DNA from: Planktothrix sp. GU0601_MAG3
GTDB taxonomy: Bacteria; Cyanobacteriota; Cyanobacteriia; Cyanobacteriales; Microcoleaceae
NCBI GenBank assembly: GCA_035193785.1
Contig: CP136572.1
Coordinates: 4,692,578-4,756,577 of the forward strand
DNA: 64,000 nucleotides
Direction: 5' to 3'
Shown: one piece after another, positions 1 through 11,497 of the stretch
Layout of the letters: each line of letters begins with the position of its first letter
Position numbering within the stretch: the first letter of the stretch is position 1
Made by a program: the position numbers and the translations under genes
Notes under the pieces: generated by a model
What the model was told of the DNA's origin: nothing
The model's database searches: none
Seen by the model: only the letters and a program-made list of their open reading frames with translations

Positions 1-1354
1 AAAGCCAGAGAAAGTATGCTGGAGAACAAGGAAGAATTGGCAAAGATTACTGATCCCCAGACGCGAGAAGCCGTAAACGCCATGATTCAGATTGGGGATG
101 AATATGATAGCGTTTCAGCAGGTGTTTTTGCCCTTGTAGATGCCGATAAGATGAATGAAGCCAAACAACAAATTTTAATTCCTCGGATTGCCAGACTCGC
201 TGAATCCAGCGATCGCGCCCATACAATTCTTGAAGCCAAACTAAATGATAATTTACTCCAAGCCCAGAAAGCCAAGCAGTTTCAGACTTTACTAATCATT
301 TTAGGAACCCTGATCACGATCGCGGCAACCCTAGCAACGGCCTTTTTGATTGCATTACCGATCCGACGAGATCTACCCAAGGTGGTGAAAGCAGCAGAAC
401 AGATTGCTGAAGGAGATTTACAACAAACCATTGAGTTAAGCAACGATGCGACCGAAGTGGGTAAGTTGACCACCGCGTTTCCACTATATGTCCAAAAAAC
501 TCAATGCCCTGATTCTCCAGATGCAAAAGTCAGGAGTGCAGATCAGCACATCTTCAACTCAAATCGCCGCCGCCGGGAAAGAATTAGAAGCCACCGTTGT
601 CGAGCAACTAGCTTCCACCAATGAAGTCAGCGCCACATCCCAGCAGATTGCCGCCACCTCTAAGGAATTGGTCAGAGTCATGGAGCAGGTGACACAGATG
701 GCACAGTCCACCGCCACCTCCGCCGGAGCCAGTCATAATGACCTAAATCGCATGGAAACCGTCATGCGCGAACTTTCGGGTGCCACCACCAGCATTACCA
801 GCAAACTAGGGGTGATGAATGAAAAGGCAAATAATATTAATAGCGTGGTGACTACTATTAATAAAGTGGCTGACCAGACTAACCTGCTTTCGCTGAATGC
901 GGCGATCGAAGCCGAAAAAGCCGGGGAATATGGGGCGGGGTTTGCGGTGGTTGCTAGAGAAATCCGGCGCTTGGCCGATCAAACCGCCGTCGCCACCTTA
1001 GAAATTGCCCAGATGATTAAAGAGATGCAATCGGCCGTTTCTTCCGGTGTAATGGAAATGGATAAATTCAGTAAATCAGTGGTTGATAGCGTTGCCGACG
1101 TCAGCAAAATTAGCGAGCGGGTGACTCAGGTAATTGAGCAAGTACAAGGATTGACCCCCCGCTTCGAGCGAGTGAGTCAGAGCATTGAGGAACAATCCCA
1201 GGGAGCGCAACAAATTAGTGAAGCCATGGGCCAACTTAGTCAAGCATCCCAGCAGACAGTAGACTCTTTACGAGAGACAAACAGTGCTGTAGAAAGACTT
1301 GACGAGGCGGCAAATGGATTACGCAGAGAAATTGCTAAGTTCAAAACCGCCTAA
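1..1354 (+). CDS. Methyl-accepting chemotaxis protein (WspA-like), 5' end outside window; apparent frameshift at GTTTC 477
   Basis: TM + HAMP segment (ORF 16-624) joins the MCP signalling domain (ORF 488-1354, [34 protein letters not shown]) when one T is removed at 477 (TAF-HYMSKK). Confidence 0.9.
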
Positions 1355-1404
1355 GCTGGAATATAGAAACTCTTGCAATAGGGAAGAAATAATTCATTCT
1401 TCCT

Positions 1405-1655
1405 ACTCCCCTGCTCCCCCTACCCCCCCTGCTCCCTCTGCTCCCCTGCCCCCCCTGCTCCCTCTGCTCCCCTGCCCCCCCTGCCCCCCAGGGCTGTTTC
1501 ATTCTTTGTAGGGGCAATCCCCCCGTGGTTGCCCCAATCCCTGAAACGCCTGCAAATCTTGGATGGGGAGGGTAGGCACGGGGGCACTACCCCTACAAAA
1601 CCCTGGTTTCCCTGAGAATGAAACAGCCCTGCCCCTGCCCCCCCCTGCCCCCCTG
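1405..1655. repeat. C-rich CCCCTGCTC/CCCCTGCCC tandem repeat tract interrupted by a MITE
   Basis: Degenerate 8-9 nt units directly visible on both sides of 1489-1631. Confidence 0.85.
1489..1631. mobile_element. ~143-bp MITE-like element with 17-bp terminal inverted repeats
   Basis: CAGGGCTGTTTCATTCT (1489-1505) and AGAATGAAACAGCCCTG (1615-1631) are exact reverse complements; internal REP-like hairpins GTAGGGGCAATCCCCCGTGGTTGCCCC and GGGTAGGCACGGGGGCACTACCCCTAC. Confidence 0.75.
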
Positions 1656-1659
1656 TTAT

Positions 1660-3012
1660 ATGGTATTAGATAAAATCGCCAGATTATTAAGCCAAACCAT
1701 CGGCTTAGATCCCGATATCGTCAGCCCACATCAGATTGCTAGATCGGTCGAGACTCGTCGAGTCAGATGTAAATTACCAGATCAGTCGAGCTATTGGGCA
1801 AAGTTACAAACCTCCGCGACCGAATTGGAGGAATTGATCGAAATCCTGATCGTTCCCGAAACTTGGTTTTTCCGAGATGGTAAACCCTTTGATTACCTCA
1901 AAACTTATGTCACCTCAGAATGGCGACCGTCGCCAAACCGCAATATTCTGCAAGTGCTGAGTGTACCATCCTCTACGGGGGAAGAACCCTACTCCATGGC
2001 GATTACCCTATTAGAAGCGGGTCTAAATCCTAAACAATTCGAGATTGATGCCATAGATATTAGCCATCGATCGCTTGCCAAAGCTAGGCAGGGAGTCTAT
2101 ACCAAAAATTCCTTTCGGGGCGAGGACTGGAAGTCGCGATCGCGCTATTTTCAACAAACGGATCAGGGTTATGAACTCTCTGAATCTATTCGTAAGCTGG
2201 TCAATTTTCAGCAGGGGAATGTGATGACCTCTCTTGCCCGCACTCAAAAGCAATACGACATTATCTTCTGTCGTAACCTATTGATATATCTGAAATCCGA
2301 AGCTTGCTCACAGGTATTAACAGCCCTTGATCGCTTACTGATTCCCGGGGGGTTACTGTTTGTGGGAGCGTCTGAAACGGGAAAAATTGTTGCAGACCCC
2401 TATAAATCCGTCCGTCAGCCCTTCACCTTTGCCTATCGCAAGCAAGAGGGAGCAGGGGGAGCAGGGGGAGGAAGGGGAGCAGGGGGAGTTGGGGGAGCAG
2501 GGGGAGTTGGGGGAGCAGGGGGAGTTGGGGGAGTTGGGGGAGTTGGGGGAGCAGGGGGAGTTGGGGGAGTTGGGGGAGTTGGGGGAGCAGGGGGAGCAGG
2601 GGAGAAGGGGAGAAGGGGCGAAATAATTAACACCCCGACACCTATTAACTTTCAACCGTCAACCGTTAACCATGAACCAGCCCTGAATTTACAAGCCGTG
2701 AGACAAATGGCGGATGAAGGGCGACTAGCAGAAGCAACTAGCCTTTGTCAGACCTATTTGATTGATCATCCCACCAGTGCGGATGCCTATGTTCTTTTAG
2801 GGGAGTTATATCAGGCTAACCAACAAAACGGGCAGGCGGAAAAGTCCTTTCAACGGGCTATCTACCTCGATCCCAATTCCTATCCCGCCCTAGTTCACTT
2901 AGCATTATTGAAAGAAAACCAAGGCGATCCAGTCGGAGCCAACCTAATTCAGCAGAGAATTTCAGCCCTTGGATCACGGTTTCAGAACAGAATTTTAGAA
3001 GGGGAAACCTAA
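1660..3012 (+). CDS. cheR: CheR methyltransferase with C-terminal TPR domain (WspC-like), containing an in-frame Gly-rich repeat linker
   Basis: PETWFFRD, SSTGEEPYS, DIIFCRNLLIY motifs; C-terminal TPR (AYVLLGELY...FQRAIYLDP); ATG 1660 preferred over 1618, which lies inside the MITE. Confidence 0.92.
   Translation: MVLDKIARLLSQTIGLDPDIVSPHQIARSVETRRVRCKLPDQSSYWAKLQTSATELEELIEILIVPETWFFRDGKPFDYLKTYVTSEWRPSPNRNILQVLSVPSSTGEEPYSMAITLLEAGLNPKQFEIDAIDISHRSLAKARQGVYTKNSFRGEDWKSRSRYFQQTDQGYELSESIRKLVNFQQGNVMTSLARTQKQYDIIFCRNLLIYLKSEACSQVLTALDRLLIPGGLLFVGASETGKIVADPYKSVRQPFTFAYRKQEGAGGAGGGRGAGGVGGAGGVGGAGGVGGVGGVGGAGGVGGVGGVGGAGGAGEKGRRGEIINTPTPINFQPSTVNHEPALNLQAVRQMADEGRLAEATSLCQTYLIDHPTSADAYVLLGELYQANQQNGQAEKSFQRAIYLDPNSYPALVHLALLKENQGDPVGANLIQQRISALGSRFQNRILEGET
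2449..2605 (+). repeat. 9-bp G-rich tandem repeat (GGAGCAGGG/GGAGTTGGG) inside cheR
   Basis: About 17 units translated as GAG/GVG. Confidence 0.95.
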
Positions 3013-3013
3013 T

Positions 3014-4724
3014 ATGTTCAAAAATCAATCCATGCAGGCTCGCTTGATTGTAGCTTTCATCTTTATGGGGCTTCTGGTGCTGATTGTTGCCTTGGTCGGC
3101 TTGAGTGGCAGTTCTCGGTTGAGTAAGCACATTAATACCTTAGCCAAGAATAATGTTCCTAGTATTTCTGGGCTGTGGAAAATTAACGAAGGAAAAACCC
3201 AGATTCAATCATCAGAACGGGGTTTACTGGACATCAATCTTACTAAAGCAGGGCGACAGGATGAAATCGGCCGTATGGATAACGCTTGGAAGCAAATTCA
3301 AGAGGGATTTCATCAATACGAAGCGGCTCCTAAGTCGAACGCGGAAGAAAAGAAAGTCTATCAAGAATTTTTGAATCAGTGGGATGTGTGGAAGAAAGCC
3401 CATGATCAGTTTTTGAGACTTAATCTGAGGTTCGAGAGTCAGGGAAGTGTCAATGTAGTGGACAATTTTACTGGCGGATTTCAGCCCGTAGACTCTGGAT
3501 TAAAAGCCCTTGAGAACCAAGTTGAGGCAAACCGTCAACCCTCTCAATCTGTCACCAGTCTGTTATTGGAGTTGTTGAAAATCAACGAGGACTTGGCATT
3601 CCAAACCGAAAAAATATCAGAACAAGATGTTTCTCAAGTCGGATTTTGGGCTTTTGTGGCGATTATTATTGGGCCGGGAACTGCTATTTTATTTGGAATT
3701 TTCTTTAGCAATACCATCGCTAAACCTCTGGGCGCGAAGATTGCCGGGGTCGTTGATATTGCTCACCGGATTTCATCGGGAGACTTAACCAGTGAAATTT
3801 CCCTAGCGGATCAGCAAGATGAGGTCGGGCAATTACAGAATGTCTTTTATACCATGAATAAAGACCTGAATGCCCTGGTGAATCGGATTCAACGCTCAGG
3901 AAATCAAATCACCAGTTTCCACCGACCTAATTACCGCTTCTGGCAAAAACCTCGAAGCAACCGTAGCCGAACAGGTGGCTTCAACTAATGAAGTCACAGC
4001 AACGGCCCATCAAATTGCCACGACATCTAAGCAATTGGTGAAAACCATGGAGCAGGTGGCCGCCATGGCAGAACAAACAACCATAGCCGCGGGTAACAGT
4101 AAAGACAATCTGCATCACATTGATTCCGTGATGCGCCAGTTGTTAGAAGGGACTAAGGTAATTTCTTCTAAGCTGGAAGTTATGCACCAACGGGCTAACA
4201 ATATCAGCCAGGTGGTAACAACAATTACGGTAGTAGCCGATCAAACTAACTTACTATCCTTGAACGCTGCCCTGGAAGCGGAGAGAGCCGGAGAATATGG
4301 GGCGGGGTTTGCGGTGGTGGCCAGGGAGATTCGGCGATTAGCTGACCGTACCGCCGTTGCCACCTTAGAAATTGAGCAGATGATTAAGGAGATGCAATTA
4401 GCCGTGTCTATTGGTGTCACCGAGATGGATAAGTTTACGAAATCCGTGGTTAATAGCGTCGAAGACGTAGACCGCATTAGCGACCAAGTAGCCGAAGTGA
4501 TTCAACAGGTACAGGGATTAACCCCCCGCTTTGAGCAGGTGAGTCAGAGCGTTGATGAACAATCCCAGGGAGCGCAGCAAATTAGCGAGGCGATGGAACA
4601 TCTGAGTCAAGCATCTCAGCAGACGGCCGACTCGTTACGAGAAACCAGTCACGCCCTAGAACAGCTTGACGAAGCTACCCATAGCTTAAAAACAGAGATT
4701 TCACGGTTTAAAGTGATAGTATAA
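3014..4724 (+). CDS. Second methyl-accepting chemotaxis protein (four-helix sensor, HAMP, MCP signal); apparent frameshift at GTTTC 3915
   Basis: Two TM helices, HAMP (DEVGQL), signalling domain [20 protein letters not shown]; frames join as [13 protein letters not shown]. Confidence 0.92.
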
Positions 4725-4740
4725 AAATAAGGTATAAATC

Positions 4741-5482
4741 ATGGAAAGTTATTTTAGTTCGGTATCTATCGTACCAAATGATGCGGCAACTCCCACTCTC
4801 AATGATTGTTGGAATAAAATTGGAGTCATGGGCGATCGCTCCTGTGGCGAACTCAAGACCGTGATCCATTGCCGAAATTGTAAGGTTTATTCGGCGGCGG
4901 GACGCAGTTTATTAGAGCGTGAGGCTCCACCCGAATATCTCCAAGAATGGACGGATATCCTATCAGAATCTTCCACCCAGCCAACTGAAGTAGGAGAAGG
5001 TACGTTAGTTCGGGCGACGGACACCCTTTCGGTGATTATTTTTCGTCTGGGTAAGGAGAGACTGGCATTGCCCGTGAACATCCTGCAAGAAGTCACTCCC
5101 CTCTACACCATTCATACCGTCCCCCACCGCAGAAACTCGGTGTTTTTGGGATTAATCAATATTCGCGGTGAAACCCTACTCTGTATTTCGATCAGAGACT
5201 TGCTGGGCCTAGAACCCGTCGCCGAATCCATAGATTTATCAAATCCGATCAATCCCCAACGGATGATTGTGGCGGGGAATAATGAGAACAAGTGGGTTTT
5301 TCCTGTGGATGAAGTTCATGGAAACCTATCGCTTCCATCTTAATGAGTTCAAAGATGCTCCCGTAGTTATTTCCAAGGCATCGGAAGCTTACACCAAAGG
5401 AGTCGTTACCTGGCAAGGCAAAAAGATCAACTTTCTGGACTCCGAATTATTGTTCTATACCCTGAGTCATAAGGTTTTTTGA
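4741..5482 (+). CDS. cheW: CheW adaptor, WspD-like; apparent frameshift at GAAAC 5321
   Basis: N-terminal DCWNKIGVMGDRSC..HCRNC..YSAAGRSLLER motif typical of WspD; CheW core LGLINIRGE; repaired as VHG-TYRFH. Confidence 0.9.
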
Positions 5483-5486
5483 TTGA

Positions 5487-5775
5487 GGGGAGTAGGGGGG
5501 CAGGGGAGGCAGGGGAGGCAGGGGGAGCAGGGGAGGTAGGGAAGGTAGGGGAGGGAGGAGGAAAATTATTTGTTCCCTATTGCAAGAGTGCCTATTGCAA
5601 TAGTGCTTATTAATCACTAATGGTCTCGACTATAGCAGTCGCGCCTTGGGTGTTAGGACATAGACTGATGCTCAAACCTAAACCGTACACCCCTCTTTTC
5701 CTGCCCCCCCTGCTCCCCTGCTCCCCCTGCTCCCCCTGCTCCCCCTGCTCCCCCTGCTCCCCCTGCTCCCTATTC
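5487..5775. repeat. G-rich (5487-5560) and complementary C-rich (5700-5770) nonamer tracts in the cheW-cheA spacer
   Basis: GGCAGGGGA-type units facing CCCCTGCTC units. Confidence 0.85.
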
Positions 5776-5797
5776 CCCATTCCCTCTGGAGTTCTGT

Positions 5798-8045
5798 ATG
5801 AGTGACGATTCGATGATAGAGCTATTTCGCCAAGAAGCTCAGACGCAAGTTGCGATCTTGACTCAGGGACTCCTGATCTTGGAAACCAATTCCCAGTCGG
5901 AGGAAATCCTGCAAGCCCTAATGCGAGTTGCCCATTCTATTAAAGGTGCGGCTCGGATTATTTCTCTGGATGCGGTGATTAACTTAGCCCACTGTATGGA
6001 AGATTGTTTTGTCGCAGCACAGAACAAAATTATTAGCTTGGGCCCAGAACAAATTGATGTCTTATTGCAAGCCGTTGACTTATTTCAGGCCATCAGTCAG
6101 GTTCCTGAAGCCGATATGCTTTCTTGGCTGGCTGAGAAGATCGGAGAGTTTGAGGCCTGCTGTGAGGCGATTAGAGCCATGTTGCCCCCCGATTTTAACG
6201 CTCGGACTTCATCCTTAGTCAACGCGGATCAGAACTTAGAGATTACCCCAACTCCCCGGCAGGAGAATGGTGCTTTAGAGGCAATTACCATCCCCAATGA
6301 TCGGGTTGTGCGGGTGAGCGCGGAGAATTTGAATCGAATTATGGGACTGGCGGGTGAATCTCTGGTGGAAGCCAATTGGCTGCAACCCTTTGCCGATTCC
6401 TTCACGGCCCTCAGATACCGCCAATTAGAGCTTTCCCGACTGCTGGAAACCCTCCATACCGCCTTAGCGAATACGGCGATTAGTTCCGAAAGCCAACAGG
6501 TTGTGGATACGGCCCGACAGAAGGCCCAAGAATGTCGGGAAATTCTCACGGATCGATTGGGTGAACTGGAACTTTATGCCCGTCGCACCACTAACTTGAG
6601 CGATCGCCTTTACCGAGAAGTCATCGCCTCCCATATGCGTCCCTTTGTGGATGGGGTACAGGGACTTCCGCGCATGGTGCGTGACCTCTCCCGACGATTA
6701 GATAAACAGGTGAAATTCCAGATTGTCGGTCAGTCTACCCTAGTTGATCGAGATATTCTCAAAAAACTAGAGGCCCCCCTGACTCACATGATCCGCAATG
6801 CCGTTGATCACGGGATTGAATCCCCAGAGGAGCGTGAGGCATTAGGGAAGCCCGTTGAGGGAACAATTCGCCTAGAAGCGTTTCATCGCGGGGGAATGCT
6901 GGCGATTAGTGTTTCTGATGATGGTAAGGGCATCGATCCTAATTTTATTCGTCAACATATTGTTGATCGCAATTTAACTTCATCGGAAACGGCGGCCCAA
7001 CTTACGGAAGCTGAAATCATTGAATTTCTGTTTCTCTCGGGATTTTCGACCACTGACCAGGTGACGGAAATTTCCGGGCGCGGGGTGGGATTAGATATTG
7101 CTAAGAGCATGGTGCAAGAGGTGGGTGGCACTATCCGTGCTGTATCCCAATTGGGAAATGGAACCAGTTTCCACTTTCAGCTTCCCCTGACCCTATCGGT
7201 GGTGAGGACGCTAATTGTCACTATTTCCGATGAACCCTATGCCTTTCCTTTGGCCCGGGTGGATCGAATTGTTAAACTCGATAAGTCGGATATTTATATT
7301 GTCGAAGGTCGCCAATATTTTACTAAGGATGGTCAAAATATTGGGTTAATCGCCGCCCACGATATTTTAGATTTGCCCGAAACTCTCCCTGATTCCGATG
7401 CGCTTTGTGTGGTTGTAATTAGCGACCAATCTAACGCTTATGGTCTTTTTGTAGATGAGTTTCTCGGTGAGCGAGATTTGGTCGTGCGTCCCCTAGACCC
7501 CCGTTTGGGTAAGGTTTCGGGATATTAGTGCTTCTGCTTTGATGGATGATGGCTCCCCGGTTTTAATTTTAGATGTTTCTGATTTAGTCCGAACCATTGA
7601 CAATATGCTCAATAGTGGTCAATTAAGACCTGTTGATGTTAATAAAGCCAAAGCTAAGGCTAAAAAGGGCGACGACCATAAACGTATTTTAGTTGTGGAT
7701 GATTCGATTACGGTGCGAGAAATGACCCGGAAACTGTTACAAAATCGGGGCTATAATGTTGATGTTGCCGTGAATGGAATGGATGCTTGGACGGCTATTC
7801 GCAGCAATCATTATGATTTGATTGTCAGCGATATTGATATGCCTCGGATGAATGGGATTGAATTGGTGAAGCAAATCAAAGAACATCCTAAATTTCAGGT
7901 GATTCCTGTGATTATTGTTTCCTATCGCGATCGCGAAGATGACCGCATTCAAGGCATGGAAGCCGGGGCAAATTATTACCTAACCAAAAGCAGCTTTCAC
8001 GATGATACATTAATCAATGCAGTCATCGATCTGATTGGAAAATAA
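5798..8045 (+). CDS. cheA: CheA-REC hybrid histidine kinase (WspE-like); apparent frameshift at GTTTC 7514
   Basis: HPt AHSIKGAA, HATPase RNAVDHG/DDGKG/SGRGVGLD, CheW domain, C-terminal receiver VVDDS..DIDMPRMNG; repaired as GKV-RDISASAL. Confidence 0.93.
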
Positions 8046-8080
8046 AAGGCTAAATCCCCCATTCATAATTATTCGTAATT

Positions 8081-8160
8081 CCCCATTACCCATTCCCCAT
8101 TACCCATTACCCATTACCCATTACCCATTACCCATTACCCATTCCCTATTCCCTGTTCCC
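8081..8160. repeat. CCCATTA heptamer tandem repeat (STRR type)
   Basis: Directly visible. Confidence 0.9.
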
Positions 8161-8168
8161 TTAAAAGT

Positions 8169-9203
8169 ATGAGAATCGCGATCGTCAACGATACAGCTAT
8201 GGCTATAGAAGCTCTTAAAAGAGTGCTTTTAACTGTTCCTAATTATCAAGTGATCTGGATTGCCCGCGATGGTAAAGAAGCCGTTGATCGTTGTGCAAAA
8301 GATACTCCTGACTTGATTTTAATGGATTTGTTTATGCCTATTATGGACGGTGTGGAAGCGACCCGCCAGATTATGCGGCAGAGTCCCTGCATGATCCTGA
8401 TCGTGACAGCCAGCGTGGGAAACCATGCCGGAAAAGTGTTTGAGGCGATGGGACATGGGGCACGCGATGCGGTGGATACTCCGATCTTGGGAACTCAGGA
8501 AAGCTCAAATTCTCACCAACCCTTACTTGCCAAAATAGTTACCCTCAGCAAGCTGATTGGCAAATCCTCGACCCCCTCCACGCCTCCACTCCCAACCTCA
8601 AAACTGACTTCCTTCTCCAAACCCTCTACCCCCCTTCCTCGCCTGGTGACTATCGGCTCCTCGACGGGGGGGCCAAAAGCCCTGGCGACGATTCTTTCCC
8701 GACTTCCTGCCAATTTTGGGGCGGCAATTGCCATTGTGCAGCACGTCGATATGCAGTTTTCTGCGGGTCTGGTGGATTGGCTGAATCAACAAACCCCTCT
8801 GACGGTGCGATTGGCCAATATTGGCGATCGCTTAGAAAGGGGTATTGTTCATATTGCCGGGACTAACGATCATCTTAGTATCCGCTCAGATCTCACATTG
8901 TACTACACAAAAGAACCTGTTAACTATCCCTATCGACCCTCGGTTGATGTTTTTTTTAAGAGCCTAGCCCAACACTGGCATCATAAAGAAATTGCTGTAT
9001 TACTGACGGGGATGGGACAGGACGGGGCTGATGGACTCAAGGTTTTGCGTGAGACTGGATGGCACACGATCGCTCAGGATGAAAAAAGTTCGATTGTCTA
9101 TGGTATGCCTAAAGCGGCAGTTCAGTTAAATGCCGCCGTTGAAGTTCTGGCTCCTGAAGCGATCGCTAATACTTTAATTCAGCGAATTAATCATGGTAGT
9201 TAG
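8169..9203 (+). CDS. cheB: CheB methylesterase/response regulator (WspF-like)
   Basis: MRIAIVND receiver; GSSTGG, VQH, GMGQDG catalytic motifs. Confidence 0.95.
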   Translation: MRIAIVNDTAMAIEALKRVLLTVPNYQVIWIARDGKEAVDRCAKDTPDLILMDLFMPIMDGVEATRQIMRQSPCMILIVTASVGNHAGKVFEAMGHGARDAVDTPILGTQESSNSHQPLLAKIVTLSKLIGKSSTPSTPPLPTSKLTSFSKPSTPLPRLVTIGSSTGGPKALATILSRLPANFGAAIAIVQHVDMQFSAGLVDWLNQQTPLTVRLANIGDRLERGIVHIAGTNDHLSIRSDLTLYYTKEPVNYPYRPSVDVFFKSLAQHWHHKEIAVLLTGMGQDGADGLKVLRETGWHTIAQDEKSSIVYGMPKAAVQLNAAVEVLAPEAIANTLIQRINHGS

Positions 9204-9435
9204 TTAGGCTAAAGTTTATCCTATAATATTTCTCTGGCTAACCTTTTTTCTGTTCTACAATTTTTCAATAATATTCGGTATTTCTACTTAATTTAACCCT
9301 GCCAATTGGGCTAATTCAAAAGTTGGGATTTGGTCAAATAAAATTAACAATTAGTAAAGATTGAAAGGCGGATTACATGGTATTCTATACAGATAGATTT
9401 AATTCTGATATTACCTAACAATACTCCTCTCTATT

Positions 9436-9780
9436 ATGAACAAGAAAAAATTAATTGATGCTGTGGAGAAGCTGTCAAAGGAAGCCCATCGCAGTGAAGA
9501 AGAACAGTTTTTTATTAGAATGCTAAAACAGGTTTGGGAAATTGACTGGTCTGTTCCTCCATCCGATGTCTGGCGTAATTTGATCGCACGGAATCAAGAC
9601 TATTTCTTTGGTTTTATGGAACTCGATGATGGAGATGAAAGAGAAGAAAACTGGTTACTCGGTTCTTTAGAGGCGATCGTTGAGTCATTGATTCAGAAAA
9701 ATGAAGATAGTAAATGGAAAACTAAAATTGTAGAGACCATTGATGAGTTGAATCAATTACGTTTAAAGATTCAAAAGTAA
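9436..9780 (+). CDS. Hypothetical protein, 114 aa
   Basis: Clean ORF with protein-like composition; no motif recognised. Confidence 0.75.
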   Translation: MNKKKLIDAVEKLSKEAHRSEEEQFFIRMLKQVWEIDWSVPPSDVWRNLIARNQDYFFGFMELDDGDEREENWLLGSLEAIVESLIQKNEDSKWKTKIVETIDELNQLRLKIQK

Positions 9781-10056
9781 ATATTGGCGGTGTTTAGCCA
9801 AGATCTCGGCTATTTGTCCAAAGGGAAAATTAGGCGATAGCTTGGCGATCGCAGATAGTCTCATGGGTGACTTAAATAGACAAATTACAGAAATATGAAT
9901 AGATTTTTAAAAAGTTTAGAGAATTTTGTAGAAACGATGTCTTTGGGCACTGAGATTTATCACACTGGTTCCAGTTATCTTTTCTGGGATTTAAAGATTG
10001 TTTCATGCCCAGGGATAATTCCTATTAAAATCGATACCCAAAAACTCAGGAAAATT

Positions 10057-11415
10057 ATGACTTTAGATTGGCGACTCAAACCCGGATATTTAAACGCAGG
10101 TGGCTCGGATTTTGAATCTGTACACATTTTGCTGGGATATTTTATCGCCAATCGTCATTCCCCAACCCCCTTACCAAATAAGTCTCTGCTTACGGAAAAT
10201 GAAGCCTTTGAGTGGGGAAAAGGTAAACCTTTAGAAAAGGTGATTAACTGTCAGTCGGATTTTGAATTTCTGATGCAGCATCCTCGGCTTTTTCGGAATG
10301 CGATCGCCATTATTGAACCTTGGGAACACGTTGGGTATAATCCATTAGGGGAACACGTTAGAGCTTCTCTAAATGTTGCCTATATTGCCCAAACAATTGC
10401 GGACTGTGACTCAATTTTGTTTCCTTTGTGGTCGTCAGGATTACTCGATCCTGAAACAATTATTCCGGTGATTTCTTCAGGATTAGCGGTGGTTGTGGAA
10501 GGAGGAGATCCATCGGTACGGGATGCTTCTACCTTTGCAGGTGGCAAATCTTCCCTCGCAGATTTACATATATTTGTGGAAAAGTTGCTGTTATCTCGAT
10601 CTCCAACCAGTGCCCCTGCAATTTTTATTTGTTTGGGACATCAATTAGCCGCCCAAGGACATATTAATCTGATTCAAAAGGCAGTGCAACAGGTACTTAA
10701 TTTAAGCCAATTAGAGAACGATTCATCAGGAAAAACCCTCAAAGCCTTGCAAAATGTTTGTCAAGAAATTGAAAAGATTGGGAATTGTCTTTCTGTTAAG
10801 AAAAAGAATGGTAATATCGTAGCTCGAAGTTGGCATGATCCTGAATTTGCTGTGGGGCCAAATGAATTTAAAGAAGTTGGCGATCGCCAGTTACATCATT
10901 ACGAATCTCCCGATAGCGAAAGTTCAGGAATTCCCCAAGAATTAATTACCGCCCATGAAGTAACCGCCGATGAATTTGAAGGAGTAATTGATACTTCCAT
11001 CGAATATGAACACGAATTAAATATTGCCATGTTTCACTCAGATGAAGTGAATGAAGAAGCAATTTTATTTGCAAATTGGGCCTATAGATTACTCCATGAT
11101 ACGATTATTTCCCATCGTCATATTCTCGCAGGAAGTCCCCTATCTTGGCTGATGCAAATGCCTTATGCGATAGAAATTCTCTGTTCAACAGCCCATGAAG
11201 ATGAAATTCTCACCGAATGTTCTGCTACCTGTATCAACTATAAAGATTTTGAAAGTCAGTTGATTCGGCGCTCATTTACTTGTCAATTTCACCCGGAATT
11301 ATTATCGGATTTAAGGTCTGTTGGTTTTCGTAAACATCCCGAATATTCTGAACTAAAAAAAGATGATGGAGCGAGGTTATTTGCTCGATTGCTCTATGCT
11401 GGAATGCAAGAGTAG
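10057..11415 (+). CDS. Class I glutamine amidotransferase-fold protein of unknown function
   Basis: Nucleophile elbow ICLGHQ, MFHSDEV and CQFHPE (Cys-His-Glu triad); ATG 10057 (MTLDWR) is the probable start. Confidence 0.75.
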   Translation: MTLDWRLKPGYLNAGGSDFESVHILLGYFIANRHSPTPLPNKSLLTENEAFEWGKGKPLEKVINCQSDFEFLMQHPRLFRNAIAIIEPWEHVGYNPLGEHVRASLNVAYIAQTIADCDSILFPLWSSGLLDPETIIPVISSGLAVVVEGGDPSVRDASTFAGGKSSLADLHIFVEKLLLSRSPTSAPAIFICLGHQLAAQGHINLIQKAVQQVLNLSQLENDSSGKTLKALQNVCQEIEKIGNCLSVKKKNGNIVARSWHDPEFAVGPNEFKEVGDRQLHHYESPDSESSGIPQELITAHEVTADEFEGVIDTSIEYEHELNIAMFHSDEVNEEAILFANWAYRLLHDTIISHRHILAGSPLSWLMQMPYAIEILCSTAHEDEILTECSATCINYKDFESQLIRRSFTCQFHPELLSDLRSVGFRKHPEYSELKKDDGARLFARLLYAGMQE

Positions 11416-11497
11416 GGACGGATTTAGATCCGGTAAAACTTAAAATTTCCCGCCCACTAACTGAGGTAGGCAGGAAAATATTGTTAGTCTCTAATTG

